Below, piece after piece: positions 9,964 to 19,623 of a DNA stretch of 64,000 bases. The first letter of the stretch is position 1. Every line of letters starts with the position of its first letter. This DNA is from an uncultured Candidatus Actinomarina sp. (GTDB lineage: Bacteria; Actinomycetota; Acidimicrobiia; Actinomarinales; Actinomarinaceae), in contig CACPJC010000002.1 in NCBI GenBank assembly GCA_902634185.1, forward strand, positions 138,538 through 202,537, written 5' to 3'. A model generated the notes under the pieces. It had not been told where the DNA came from and searched no databases. It saw nothing but the letters and a program-made list of their open reading frames with translations. The position numbers and the translations under genes were made by a program.

Positions 9964-10553
9964 TGGTAAGAGTAAACAGAGTTAGAAGAATTATAAGAAA
10001 GGTTGATCCTTGGACCGTCTTAAAAGTTTCTTTTGTCTTCAATTTTATTATTTCATTAACAATTGTTCTTGGATTTTCAATTTTATGGGTTTTACTTGTA
10101 AATGCTGGGGTTCCTCAAGGACTTGAAGAAATTGCAAGAAGACTAGCACTACTAGACGACAATGCATCTCTAGTTGGCAATGTAGAAACTTTATTTTCTA
10201 GTGTCTTATTTTTTGCAACTGTATATTTATTAACCCAAACAGCAATAGCAACTCTAGGAGCATTCTTTTATAACCTAATTTCAGATTTGGTTGGTGGAAT
10301 CGAGGTAATAGTACTAGAGGAGTCATATAACGAAACTGGCTCAAAACCTAGCGGCGATAACGCCAGGAATGAAAACACAGAAACTGCAGCAATGCCTGTT
10401 GCAAAAACGTTGGGAAAATTTAAGAGACAAAAAAACAGAAATGACGATTTTATGGTTCCAGAAATGCCCAGACCAGATGTTCCAAGAGACATTGAGGAAG
10501 AAACACTCACAGAAACTTTAAAAAGTTATCCTGAAAACGATACAGAACAATAA
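9963..10553 (+). CDS. DUF3566 membrane protein
   Basis: IRKVDPWTVLKVSF and YNLISDLVGGIEV motifs; always follows gyrA in Actinobacteria. Confidence 0.9.
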   Translation: MVRVNRVRRIIRKVDPWTVLKVSFVFNFIISLTIVLGFSILWVLLVNAGVPQGLEEIARRLALLDDNASLVGNVETLFSSVLFFATVYLLTQTAIATLGAFFYNLISDLVGGIEVIVLEESYNETGSKPSGDNARNENTETAAMPVAKTLGKFKRQKNRNDDFMVPEMPRPDVPRDIEEETLTETLKSYPENDTEQ

Positions 10554-10582
10554 TTTTTGCTACACTTAACCACTAAATAAAC

Positions 10583-10667
10583 AAAGTAACAAAGCGAAGC
10601 TAGTGAGAATCTAGCGCTGTCCCGCAACTGTGATTCGAAAGATAAGTCAGGTCGACTTTATTACTTT
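10583..10667 (+). promoter_or_regulatory. Cobalamin riboswitch (compact, class II-like)
   Basis: GCGAAGCTAGTGAGAATCTAGCGCTGTCCCGCAACTGTGA...AAGTCAG core; closing stem AAAGTAACAAAG/CTTTATTACTTT; hairpin 10681-10714 before the SD; TACACT -10 at 10561. Confidence 0.88.
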
Positions 10668-10731
10668 TTACAACAATCCTCGAGAGAAGGAATGGAGTAT
10701 CGTACTTTTTCTCGTGGTGAGAAAGGAAAAT

Positions 10732-11703
10732 ATGAAAACAAAAATACTTCTTCTTGCCATGATAATTTCAATGTGTGGAGGCACGTCTGACGAAGGTAAT
10801 GAAAAAAATATTATTTCATTATCAACCACGCATACAGAAATTATTCAAATGCTTGAAGCTGAGAATCAGCTAATTGGTGTTGATTCGTTCTCAGAGACAG
10901 AACTTCCAATAAAAAAAATAGATGCCTATACAGTTACAGCAGATGAGCTTCTTTTACTCAATCCAGATATTGTAATCGTTGCTTTTGATTTTAACGGTAT
11001 CGTAGAGGGATTAGAAAATTTAAATATTGAATATGCTCTTCTTCCACCTGCACAAAATTTGGATGACGTTTATTACCAAATTGAAACCATTGGGACAATT
11101 ATTAACAAAGAAAATACAGCAAGTTCTCTAGTTTTAGAAATGAAATCTGACATTGATGAAATTATTGAAAACTCAGCAACTGAATCTATATCTGTTTATC
11201 ACGAAATTGGTTACACATATGGCATATATTCAATAAATGAAAATTCTTTTTTAGGAGAAATTTACAATATTCTTGGTGTAAGCAATATTGCAGATAAGAC
11301 TGAGGACCCGTACGGATCTGGTTACCCACTTCTTGAAGAAGAACAGGTCTTAAATGCAAACCCTGATCTAATTGTAATTGGACACTCTGACTTTTTGAAT
11401 AAAGACATCTCAACAAGACAAGGCTGGGATGGTCTTAATGCCGTATCAAATGAGAATGTTTATTTCCTCGATGAAAACTTAGCAAATAATTGGGGTGTAA
11501 ATACTGTTGATTTGATAAATACATTATCTGAAATAACAAAATTTAATGAAGATCCTGGTTTAGTTTATAAAGCAAAATATTTAGAAAGTGATCTTGGCAG
11601 CTCAGACAGTACTCAAAACATCATCATTGCAACAATAATTGTGATAATCTTGACAGCGTACATACTTATTACGAGAAGGAATAAGAGTAAAGTACAAAGT
11701 TAA
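10732..11703 (+). CDS. BtuF-like cobalamin-binding lipoprotein with extra C-terminal TM helix
   Basis: IISLS..HTEI...L.A...LIGVD and LNPD motifs; lipobox IISMC; SD GAAAGGA before ATG 10732; downstream of B12 riboswitch. Confidence 0.85.
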   Translation: MKTKILLLAMIISMCGGTSDEGNEKNIISLSTTHTEIIQMLEAENQLIGVDSFSETELPIKKIDAYTVTADELLLLNPDIVIVAFDFNGIVEGLENLNIEYALLPPAQNLDDVYYQIETIGTIINKENTASSLVLEMKSDIDEIIENSATESISVYHEIGYTYGIYSINENSFLGEIYNILGVSNIADKTEDPYGSGYPLLEEEQVLNANPDLIVIGHSDFLNKDISTRQGWDGLNAVSNENVYFLDENLANNWGVNTVDLINTLSEITKFNEDPGLVYKAKYLESDLGSSDSTQNIIIATIIVIILTAYILITRRNKSKVQS

Positions 11704-11717
11704 GGAGATAAATTACT

Positions 11718-12626
11718 ATGAAGGGTTATTCTAATGAGCTTTACATACTTGCATTTGACCACAGAGGAACTCTAACAAAAGGTCTTTTAGGCGTAGAAGG
11801 AAGACCGCCTAACGAGGAAGAAGCATCAAGAGTGTCTTCAATGAAAGATATTATTTTTGATGGATTTATAGAAGCTAAAGAAACAGGTATTGGGACAGGT
11901 GAACCCGCAATACTTGTTGACGAGACTTTCGGATTACAAGTGCAACAAAAAGCAAAAGAAATGGGTGTTAAGTTCGCAGCCCCTGTTGAAAAATCAGGTC
12001 AAAAAGTATTTGATTTTGAGTATGGTGATGAATTTGGAGAAAAGATAAAAGAAGTTAATGCTGATTTTGTAAAAATTTTAGTCAGATGGAACCCAAATGA
12101 TGATGAAGAAACTAGAGAAGTTCAAGGCAAAAGAATAAAAACATTATCTGATTGGCTTGAAGAAAATGAAAGAAAATTTTTGCTGGAATTTTTAGTCCCT
12201 GCGACTGAAGAGCAATTGTCGAGTGTAGATGGAGATCAATCAAGATACGATTCAGAAATAAGACCTAAATTAGCAGTTCAGGTTGTTGAGGAGATGAGAG
12301 AAAAAGGGGCAGACCCTGACATTTGGAAGATAGAAGGATTAGACACAAAAGAAGATTGTAAAAAAGTCTCTTCTGCAATCAAAGATGGTGGCAGAGATGA
12401 TGTAATAGCCGTTGTTCTAGGTAGAGGTGCAAATGACGAAAAAGTTAACGAGTGGCTGAGGGCTGGATCATCTGTTGATGGATATAGTGGCTTTGCGATA
12501 GGTAGGTCTATATTTTGGAACTCGCTAAAAGGATGGCATGAAAATGAAAAGCCAAGAGAAGAAGCCGTATCAGAAATAGCCAATTCATATTTAAATTTTA
12601 TCTCTGTATATCAAAACGGGAGCTAA
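11718..12626 (+). CDS. Stand-alone DUF2090 (IolC C-terminal/LacD-like class I aldolase)
   Basis: LAFDHR, FLLEFL, PDIWKIEG Schiff-base Lys, VLGRG, GFAIGRSIF. Confidence 0.8.
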   Translation: MKGYSNELYILAFDHRGTLTKGLLGVEGRPPNEEEASRVSSMKDIIFDGFIEAKETGIGTGEPAILVDETFGLQVQQKAKEMGVKFAAPVEKSGQKVFDFEYGDEFGEKIKEVNADFVKILVRWNPNDDEETREVQGKRIKTLSDWLEENERKFLLEFLVPATEEQLSSVDGDQSRYDSEIRPKLAVQVVEEMREKGADPDIWKIEGLDTKEDCKKVSSAIKDGGRDDVIAVVLGRGANDEKVNEWLRAGSSVDGYSGFAIGRSIFWNSLKGWHENEKPREEAVSEIANSYLNFISVYQNGS

Positions 12627-12629
12627 GAA

Positions 12630-13832
12630 ATGCCTGTTGGCAAAGCGGTAATCGGTCAATCAGGTGGTCCGACAGCTGTAATTAACAAGTCACTAGTTGG
12701 TTTCATAAAAGAGGCTATTAATCAGGAATATGATGAAATACTTGGAGCAAGACACGGACTGGAGGGGATATTAAAGGAGGATTTTGTTGATTTATCTAAA
12801 CTTTCAGAGTCTCAACTTTATGGAATATCAAAAACACCTGCAGCTGCTTTAGGCTCAGTAAGAAAAAAACCAACGGAGAATGATATTGAGAAATTAGTTT
12901 CAATCTTTGAGAAACAAAACATAAGATATTTTTTCTACATCGGTGGAAATGATTCTGCAGAAACTGCAAATCTTGTATATGAGGGTGCAAAAAAAATAGG
13001 ATTTGAAATTAAAGCTTTTCATGTTCCTAAAACTATAGATAATGACCTCTTGGAAACGGATCATTGTCCAGGTTATGGTTCAGCAGCCCGATTTGTTGCA
13101 CATGCATTTCAAGGAGATGATGCTGACAACAGGAGCCTTAGAGGAATAAAAATCAATGTTTTAATGGGTAGGCATGCAGGATGGCTTACCGCTGCTAGCA
13201 CTTTAGGAAAATCAACTGAAGAAGACGGCCCACATTTAGTTTATGTACCTGAAAAAATATTTAATTTAGATGAATTTTTAAAGGATGTAAAAGAAGTTTA
13301 CGATTCTTTAGGAAGATGTATAGTTGCTGTATCCGAAGGCATTCACAATAAAGATGGTGAGTACTTTCTCCAAACATACGCAAGCGAGACAGGTTCTGGA
13401 CTTGCAGGAAAAAAAGATAGCCACGGAAACATCCAGCTCTCAGGTTCGGGTGCCTTAGGAGATACACTTACAAACATTGTCTCAGAACATATTCAAGGAG
13501 CGAGGGTAAGAGCAGATACGTTTGGCTATCTTCAGAGATCTTTTCTCGCAGACATTTCAGAAGTTGACGCTGAAGAGGCCGAGAGGGTTGGACAGCATGC
13601 AGTTGTAGCTTCAAAAGATAAAGAAAGCGGATCAATTATTCTAAGAAGACAGTTTTCAGAAACTTATTATTGTGATGTAGATGTTGTTGAACTACATAAG
13701 GTTGCAAAACATACAAAAAATATGCCTGAAGAATATCTAGAAAAAAATAAACCGTATGTAACTAACAATTTTTTTGAATACGCAATGCCTTTAACTGGAG
13801 GTATAGAACCTAAAACACAGATATTTGTTTAA
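12630..13832 (+). CDS. pfp: 6-phosphofructokinase, PPi-dependent type
   Basis: QSGGPTAVIN, GGNDS (Asp at donor-specificity site), PKTIDNDL, MGR. Confidence 0.88.
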   Translation: MPVGKAVIGQSGGPTAVINKSLVGFIKEAINQEYDEILGARHGLEGILKEDFVDLSKLSESQLYGISKTPAAALGSVRKKPTENDIEKLVSIFEKQNIRYFFYIGGNDSAETANLVYEGAKKIGFEIKAFHVPKTIDNDLLETDHCPGYGSAARFVAHAFQGDDADNRSLRGIKINVLMGRHAGWLTAASTLGKSTEEDGPHLVYVPEKIFNLDEFLKDVKEVYDSLGRCIVAVSEGIHNKDGEYFLQTYASETGSGLAGKKDSHGNIQLSGSGALGDTLTNIVSEHIQGARVRADTFGYLQRSFLADISEVDAEEAERVGQHAVVASKDKESGSIILRRQFSETYYCDVDVVELHKVAKHTKNMPEEYLEKNKPYVTNNFFEYAMPLTGGIEPKTQIFV

Positions 13833-13886
13833 AGGTCAAAAAAGTTAAATTCTTGATGAGTAAATAATTATTATTAATACATAAAC

Positions 13887-14390
13887 ATGAAAAAAATAAG
13901 CATACTTTTTTTTATTTTATTTTTTAATATCTGTAGTACCTCAGAAAATGGGGTTATTTCAATTTCTGAAAACACAACAACAACCCAAATCATAAACGAA
14001 GAAGATTATCCATTAGTTTTAGCAAAGTGTTTAAATGAAGAAAAGGGCTATCAAATTATGACTCCATTTGATTTAGAGGATTTAAAAACAACAATAAACC
14101 AGTTAAGTCAAAGTAAGGAAGATGAATTAAAACTTGGAGAAGCTATCGATTTTTGTATTGATAAATACAGCCTATGGACGGATCGAAGCACTTTAAACCC
14201 AGAAGAACTGGCAAGTTTGTATGATGAAAATATTTCTTTGGCGAGATGTCTGAGAGAAAAAGGTCTTGATGTACCCGATCCAACACAAGATCAACCTAAA
14301 ATTGACCTAAGCAACTTAGTTCAATCAAAAGATGAAATAATTACTTTATTAGACGAATGTGAGCTTGATGAAAAAACAAACAAAAAATAA
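13887..14390 (+). CDS. Acidic lipoprotein, two A.C(L/M)RE.G...PDP...C domains (paralog 1)
   Basis: Signal peptide ending FNIC; LAKCLNEEKG and LARCLREKGLDVPDP. Confidence 0.75.
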   Translation: MKKISILFFILFFNICSTSENGVISISENTTTTQIINEEDYPLVLAKCLNEEKGYQIMTPFDLEDLKTTINQLSQSKEDELKLGEAIDFCIDKYSLWTDRSTLNPEELASLYDENISLARCLREKGLDVPDPTQDQPKIDLSNLVQSKDEIITLLDECELDEKTNKK

Positions 14391-14967
14391 GTTCCTTGTA
14401 CTATTAATTTGTTTATTAACACAGGCTTGTTCAGCTTCGAATGAGCAAAAAGGAGTCGTTTCTTCAGAGGACTTAACAATACAAACAACTATTACAACAG
14501 TAACAACTGTCCAGGACAGCCCTGAAATTGAAGATCTAACAGAAGAGGAAGCACAGCTAATACTTGCAGGATGTTTAAGGGAAAAAGGTTATGACGTAGC
14601 TGATCCAAAAAATGATGAGGGCTTAAGAACAGTTTTAACACCAATATTTATTAGTTTCAATGAAAAACAGAGGCAGGAGTTGTTTGACAATATACAATTG
14701 TGTGCGGAGGAGAACTCTATTCCACTTGAAAGCAACAATGATTTTGAAAATCCTGCTGATGTTGCTGATAGACTTGATACTGAACTTGAGTTTGCACAGT
14801 GTCTAAGAGGTAAAGGAATAGATGTTTCTGATCCATCATCTGAGGAACCCCTAAGGCCAATACTTATTGATCTTGTACAGTCACAAAAATATACAGCAGA
14901 TCAAATTCGAGAGGCTGCTGCTGAGTGCTTTGACGATCTAGGGCTTGACCCTCCTCCTGGCGGGTAA
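14368..14967 (+). CDS. Acidic lipoprotein (paralog 2)
   Basis: Lipobox TQAC; LAGCLREKGYDVADP and FAQCLRGKGIDVSDP; ATG 14368 preferred. Confidence 0.8.
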   Translation: MKKQTKNKFLVLLICLLTQACSASNEQKGVVSSEDLTIQTTITTVTTVQDSPEIEDLTEEEAQLILAGCLREKGYDVADPKNDEGLRTVLTPIFISFNEKQRQELFDNIQLCAEENSIPLESNNDFENPADVADRLDTELEFAQCLRGKGIDVSDPSSEEPLRPILIDLVQSQKYTADQIREAAAECFDDLGLDPPPGG

Positions 14968-14991
14968 TAAAAAATACTTTATAATTCTGAT

Positions 14992-15588
14992 GTGAGAAAA
15001 AAAGTAGCATTATTCATATTATTTTTTTCTTTTTGCTCGCTATTTCAAAATGAAGAACAAGCCGTGGTATCTGTTGTCGATACAGACAAAGGAAAAGAGG
15101 CTATTGCAGCAGGTGTAGAAATTAACGAAGAGAAGGAGGAAATAGCAGATGAAGATGCTCCTCTTGTTTTAGTTCAATGCGTAAACGAAGCAGGTTATAA
15201 ATTTCAAGAACCAAAAAACTTTATAGATCTATATACAACAATTTCAACTTATTTCGAGACACTTACCGAACAAGAAGCAGAAGAACTCTGGAAGTCTATT
15301 GAAGATTGTGCACTCAAATACAACTTATGGGGAGTTGCTGATGAGGCACAATTTGAAGACCCAATCCAAACTTCAAAAGAACTAGATAGAGCTTTATTTA
15401 TAGCAAATTGCTTCAGAGAAGAAGGATATGAAAAAGTACCAGACCCTAATTACTTCAATAGAGATGTAAATCTTGATGCATATATAGACGAAAATTGGGA
15501 ACTTAGAGAAGATGATCCTTTAGTTCAAACCTGGCAAGGTTGTGAGGAAAAGTTACCTGAAGAACTGAAGGAAGAGTGGGATGATTAA
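14992..15588 (+). CDS. Acidic lipoprotein (paralog 3)
   Basis: Signal ending FSFC; LVQCVNEAG and IANCFREEGYEKVPDP; TATAAT 6 nt before GTG. Confidence 0.75.
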   Translation: MRKKVALFILFFSFCSLFQNEEQAVVSVVDTDKGKEAIAAGVEINEEKEEIADEDAPLVLVQCVNEAGYKFQEPKNFIDLYTTISTYFETLTEQEAEELWKSIEDCALKYNLWGVADEAQFEDPIQTSKELDRALFIANCFREEGYEKVPDPNYFNRDVNLDAYIDENWELREDDPLVQTWQGCEEKLPEELKEEWDD

Positions 15589-15658
15589 AACTTACAATAA
15601 AAACTTTGTCTTAATACCGTTAAATACAATACAATGTTTTAAGTAGAAAAATACACAT

Positions 15659-17245
15659 ATGAAGTTAAATATATTTAAAAACAGAAATTTTTATGTCTTG
15701 GTAGTTTTAATTCTTGTTGGTTCTGTAGCCTATTATTTTGGAACCCAAAATACCGAATCTTCATCCATAAACAAAACACTACAGCTGACAACTACATCTG
15801 TAAAGCAAGGTGATCTTGAAAAGAAAGAAGAATATAACGGTACATTAAGACAAACTGACAGCAAAATACTTAATAGTCCTATGGCTGGTGTTGTAACTTT
15901 TATTCCAGATGAAGGAACTATTGTAAAATTTGGAGAGATACTCTTTGCTGTTGATAACAAACCAGTCATCCTTGTTGAAGGATCGGTTCCTTTTTATAGA
16001 ACATTAGATCTTAACTCTGATCCAGGACCAGACGTATTACAGCTTGAAAAAGCTCTAGTTTATTTAGGATATGCAGCTGATGGATTTGCTCCAGATGACA
16101 CTTTTGATGAAATTACTTCACAGATGCTTAACAAGCTTTATCTTGACTACAAAATAGAAACAAAATCTGAAGTTACTCCATCTGAGCAGGTTGCTATCAA
16201 TTTGAAAGAAACAGAAGTGAAGAATATTGAAGAAACCATTGACTCAGGTGGGACAACAATTGCTGAAGTAAATGATAAAAAAAAGAAACTAGACGATGCA
16301 AAAGAAGATGCTACAGAAGAGAGCGCAGCTTGGAAAGCTGCAGATACAGCAATTAAAGACGCTGAAGAGACTTTGACACTTTATAGAGATGAAACAAACC
16401 CAAAAACAAAAGAGAAAAAAGCTGATGGAACTTTAGATTCTGCAATTGAAGACTTAGAACAAACAATAGAAGAACAAAAAAGAATTAAAGCACTAGAAAA
16501 AGGAAAAGAGTCAGGCATAGACGCAACAGAGGCACTTGCAATTGAGACAGCCCAAAAAGCTTATAATGATGTTTTAAAAGATTACAACGAAGGAGTTGAT
16601 CAGGAGGCTGAATTAGCAAAAGCAAAAGAAGAACTAGAAGAACTTAGATTAGCTTCAAAGTCAGAAACATTTAGTCCAACAAACGCCTATGCATCGGAAA
16701 CAGCAATAATTGTTGGTTCTTATATAAACAAGGTTGGATCTGCTGTAGTTCTAAACTCACAACTTTATAATATTTCTTCAGTTGGAATTGAGGTTGTTTT
16801 CCAAGTTGACGCATCAGATCAAGAGACAGTTTCAATTGGAGATAGTGTTGAGATAGAACTTCCTACAGATGAAAGAGTACCAACGGTGATTACCTTTATA
16901 GACCAAGTTGTTACTCAAACTCAAACTGGAGATTTTATTGAGGTGATTCTTGAAGTACTAAATCCAGAAGAAATTGAAGCTTATGATCAAGCACCTGTAA
17001 AAGTATTTGTTACAACTGAAATATCCGAGAATGTGCTTTATGTACCAGTAAATGCACTAATTGCTTTAGCTGAGGGAGGTTATGCCTTAGAAATTTATGA
17101 AGGTGAAGCTGAAGGAGGAGTTTTTGAGGGTGAGTCAGGAGTTGACACTATCTATGTAGCTGTTGAAATTGGAGTCTTTACTGATGGGTTTGTAGAAATC
17201 AAGGGAAATATTACTAAAGGTCAACTTGTAGTCGTACCACGATGA
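15659..17245 (+). CDS. MacA/YknX-like membrane-fusion protein with peptidoglycan-binding domain
   Basis: N-terminal TM, V..GDL, G.VT..P..G..V..G..L lipoyl-like half, GPDVLQLEKALVYLGY PG-binding motif, long coiled coil, VEIG...DGFVEI C-terminus. Confidence 0.85.
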   Translation: MKLNIFKNRNFYVLVVLILVGSVAYYFGTQNTESSSINKTLQLTTTSVKQGDLEKKEEYNGTLRQTDSKILNSPMAGVVTFIPDEGTIVKFGEILFAVDNKPVILVEGSVPFYRTLDLNSDPGPDVLQLEKALVYLGYAADGFAPDDTFDEITSQMLNKLYLDYKIETKSEVTPSEQVAINLKETEVKNIEETIDSGGTTIAEVNDKKKKLDDAKEDATEESAAWKAADTAIKDAEETLTLYRDETNPKTKEKKADGTLDSAIEDLEQTIEEQKRIKALEKGKESGIDATEALAIETAQKAYNDVLKDYNEGVDQEAELAKAKEELEELRLASKSETFSPTNAYASETAIIVGSYINKVGSAVVLNSQLYNISSVGIEVVFQVDASDQETVSIGDSVEIELPTDERVPTVITFIDQVVTQTQTGDFIEVILEVLNPEEIEAYDQAPVKVFVTTEISENVLYVPVNALIALAEGGYALEIYEGEAEGGVFEGESGVDTIYVAVEIGVFTDGFVEIKGNITKGQLVVVPR

Positions 17246-17946
17246 AAACCGATACAAAAACTGTAATTTCAATCAATGATATTTCAAAAGTTTATGAAGG
17301 ACCACCCCCTGTAAAAGCACTAGATGGAGTTTCTTTAAATGTTAAAGAAGGAGATTTAGTTGCAATTGTTGGACAATCTGGAAGTGGTAAATCAACTTTA
17401 CTAAATATGATTGGTTTACTGGATAGTGTTACAGACGGTTCAATTGAAATAGAAGGCAAAGATATATCTGACTTAACAGATAATGAACTCTCAAAATTTA
17501 GAGGTGAAAAAATAGGATTCATTTTTCAAAGCTTTTTTCTTCTGCCTGGATTGACCGCACAAGAGAATGTTGCAGAGGGGTTACTATATCAAGGGATTTC
17601 AAGGTCAGAAAGGTTAGAAAAAGCCGGAGACGTTTTAGAACAAGTAGGGCTAGGTGATAGGTTAAGCCACCTCCCCAAAGAACTTTCCGGTGGTCAGCAA
17701 CAAAGAGTTGCAATTGCTAGAGCGCTAGTACAAGACCCAGCATTTGTTTTAGCAGATGAGCCAACTGGAAATTTGGATAAAGAATCAGGAATAAATATTT
17801 TAAATATCTTAAAAGAACTTAATGACCAAGGAAAAACTGTAATTATGATTACTCACAATCAAGAACATGCAAATATGTTTAAAAAAGTAATTGAATTGGT
17901 TGATGGAAAAATTGTGAAAAATGAAAAGAAAAAAACTAAGAACTAG
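17242..17946 (+). CDS. ABC transporter ATP-binding protein (MacB/LolD family)
   Basis: GQSGSGKST, IGFIFQ, LSGGQQQRVAIARAL, ADEPTGNLD. Confidence 0.96.
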   Translation: MKTDTKTVISINDISKVYEGPPPVKALDGVSLNVKEGDLVAIVGQSGSGKSTLLNMIGLLDSVTDGSIEIEGKDISDLTDNELSKFRGEKIGFIFQSFFLLPGLTAQENVAEGLLYQGISRSERLEKAGDVLEQVGLGDRLSHLPKELSGGQQQRVAIARALVQDPAFVLADEPTGNLDKESGINILNILKELNDQGKTVIMITHNQEHANMFKKVIELVDGKIVKNEKKKTKN

Positions 17947-19105
17947 AGATTTATTTTTTGTTGCACTTTATGGAGTTCGCGCAAGAAAAGGCAGAGCTAC
18001 TCTTACTTCTATTGGAATTGGAATTGGAATAGCTGCAATAGTTGCAGTTTCTGGAATATCAGCATCTGGAAGGGCTGATTTACTATCAACTCTTGAGTCA
18101 CTTGGAACAAATCTGGTAAAAGCTTCTCCTCAAGCAGGATTTTTTGGAACTCAAGAAGATTTACCAAAAGGAGTCCTCGGAATGGTTGAAAGAATTGGAC
18201 CAGTTGAAGAAGTAACATCTACAACCCAGACCGATTTACTAGTTCGTAGAAGTAACTTTATATCAGAATTTGAAGGTGGGGGAATTTCAACAATAATTAC
18301 AAGCGCAGAACTTTTGGATGTAATTGGAGGTAATCTTGTTGAAGGCAGGTTCATTACACCTGGTTTGTCTAATATACCCGTAACCGTGTTAGGAAGTGTT
18401 ACTGCTGAGAGACTTGGAATTACAAATCTCTCGACACCTACAAAAATTCTCATTGATAATGAATGGTTTGGGGTAATAGGGGTATTAGAAGAGCTTAAAA
18501 TACATCCAGACCTAGATAGATCAGTATTTATAGGTTATGGAGTTGCAAAAACTCTTTTTGATATTGACGAGGAACCAACAACAATTTATTTAAGAGCAAA
18601 TCCTACTTTTATTGAGGATGTTGTTGAGGTATTAGCTCCATCAATGAACCCTGAAAATCCTGATCAAGTAGAAGTTACTAGACCCTCAGACGCACTTGAA
18701 GCGCAACAAGCAGCTGAAGAAGCATTTACTAATTTATTACTGGGGCTAGGTTCTGTAGCTCTTCTTGTTGGAGGTGTTGCAATAGCAAACGTAATGGTTA
18801 TGTCTGTTCTTGAAAGAAGAATGGAAATAGGTGTGAGAAGATCAATTGGTGCAACCCGTAGAGAAATAAGGTATCAATTTTTATTAGAAAGTATAGTTTT
18901 ATCAGGAATAGGAGGCCTTGTTGGTGTTGGCCTAGGAACCTTCATTACTTTGGCTTACACTAACTACACAGATATTGTATTCTCAATACCTATATGGCAG
19001 ATTTTAGGAGCAGTCTTTTTAGCCTTATTAATTGGAGCAATTTCAGGTGTATATCCAGCTATAAAAGCATCAAAAATCCAACCAGCAGAAGCAGTAAGAA
19101 AGTAA
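17921..19105 (+). CDS. ABC permease (MacB/FtsX family)
   Basis: LT.IGIGIGIAA TM1, large extracytoplasmic domain, SVLERR.EIGVRRSIGA, YPA.KAS...P.EA. Confidence 0.94.
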   Translation: MKRKKLRTRDLFFVALYGVRARKGRATLTSIGIGIGIAAIVAVSGISASGRADLLSTLESLGTNLVKASPQAGFFGTQEDLPKGVLGMVERIGPVEEVTSTTQTDLLVRRSNFISEFEGGGISTIITSAELLDVIGGNLVEGRFITPGLSNIPVTVLGSVTAERLGITNLSTPTKILIDNEWFGVIGVLEELKIHPDLDRSVFIGYGVAKTLFDIDEEPTTIYLRANPTFIEDVVEVLAPSMNPENPDQVEVTRPSDALEAQQAAEEAFTNLLLGLGSVALLVGGVAIANVMVMSVLERRMEIGVRRSIGATRREIRYQFLLESIVLSGIGGLVGVGLGTFITLAYTNYTDIVFSIPIWQILGAVFLALLIGAISGVYPAIKASKIQPAEAVRK

Positions 19106-19623
19106 TCTTTCTTGCTTTGTTGGTTTCCGCCTGCACTATTGGTGAAGAAGAAACTAAGGGTGTAGTCTCACTCGAAGAAAGTGTATCCTCTACAACAATT
19201 ATTGAGCAAGTAACTTTTGAAGAAGGGGTTCTAAATTTTGCTCAATGTATGAGAGAAGAAGGCATTGACTTTCCAGACCCTTCATTTGATATAGACGGCA
19301 ATCCAGAATTTGATAATTTAGATATTGAAAACGAAGAAGAATTTGAAGAAGCATTTACAAACTGTGAAGATATTTTGAGAAACGCTCTTCCTGATCAATT
19401 TGATCTTGATCCAGAAGTTGAGGCAGCTTTGGTTGATGCTTCATTAGAATTTTCAAAATGTATGAGAGATCAAGGTATCAGCAACTTTCCTGACCCAACA
19501 CCAGGTGAATTTGGATTTTTTGCATTTAGAGATGCAGATATTGAGTGGACTTCAGACGAGGTTCAAGAAGCATTTGAAATTTGCCAACCAGAAAATCCTC
19601 TTGATTCGATAGGTGATGATTAA
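18994..19623 (+). CDS. Acidic lipoprotein (paralog 4); start uncertain
   Basis: KKVIFLALLVSAC lipobox; FAQCMREEGIDFPDP and FSKCMRDQGISNFPDP. Confidence 0.8.
   Translation: MADFRSSLFSLINWSNFRCISSYKSIKNPTSRSSKKVIFLALLVSACTIGEEETKGVVSLEESVSSTTIIEQVTFEEGVLNFAQCMREEGIDFPDPSFDIDGNPEFDNLDIENEEEFEEAFTNCEDILRNALPDQFDLDPEVEAALVDASLEFSKCMRDQGISNFPDPTPGEFGFFAFRDADIEWTSDEVQEAFEICQPENPLDSIGDD

Noticed and set aside
18011-18030. ATTGGA tandem repeat
   Set aside because: Encodes the conserved IGIGIG of MacB-family TM1
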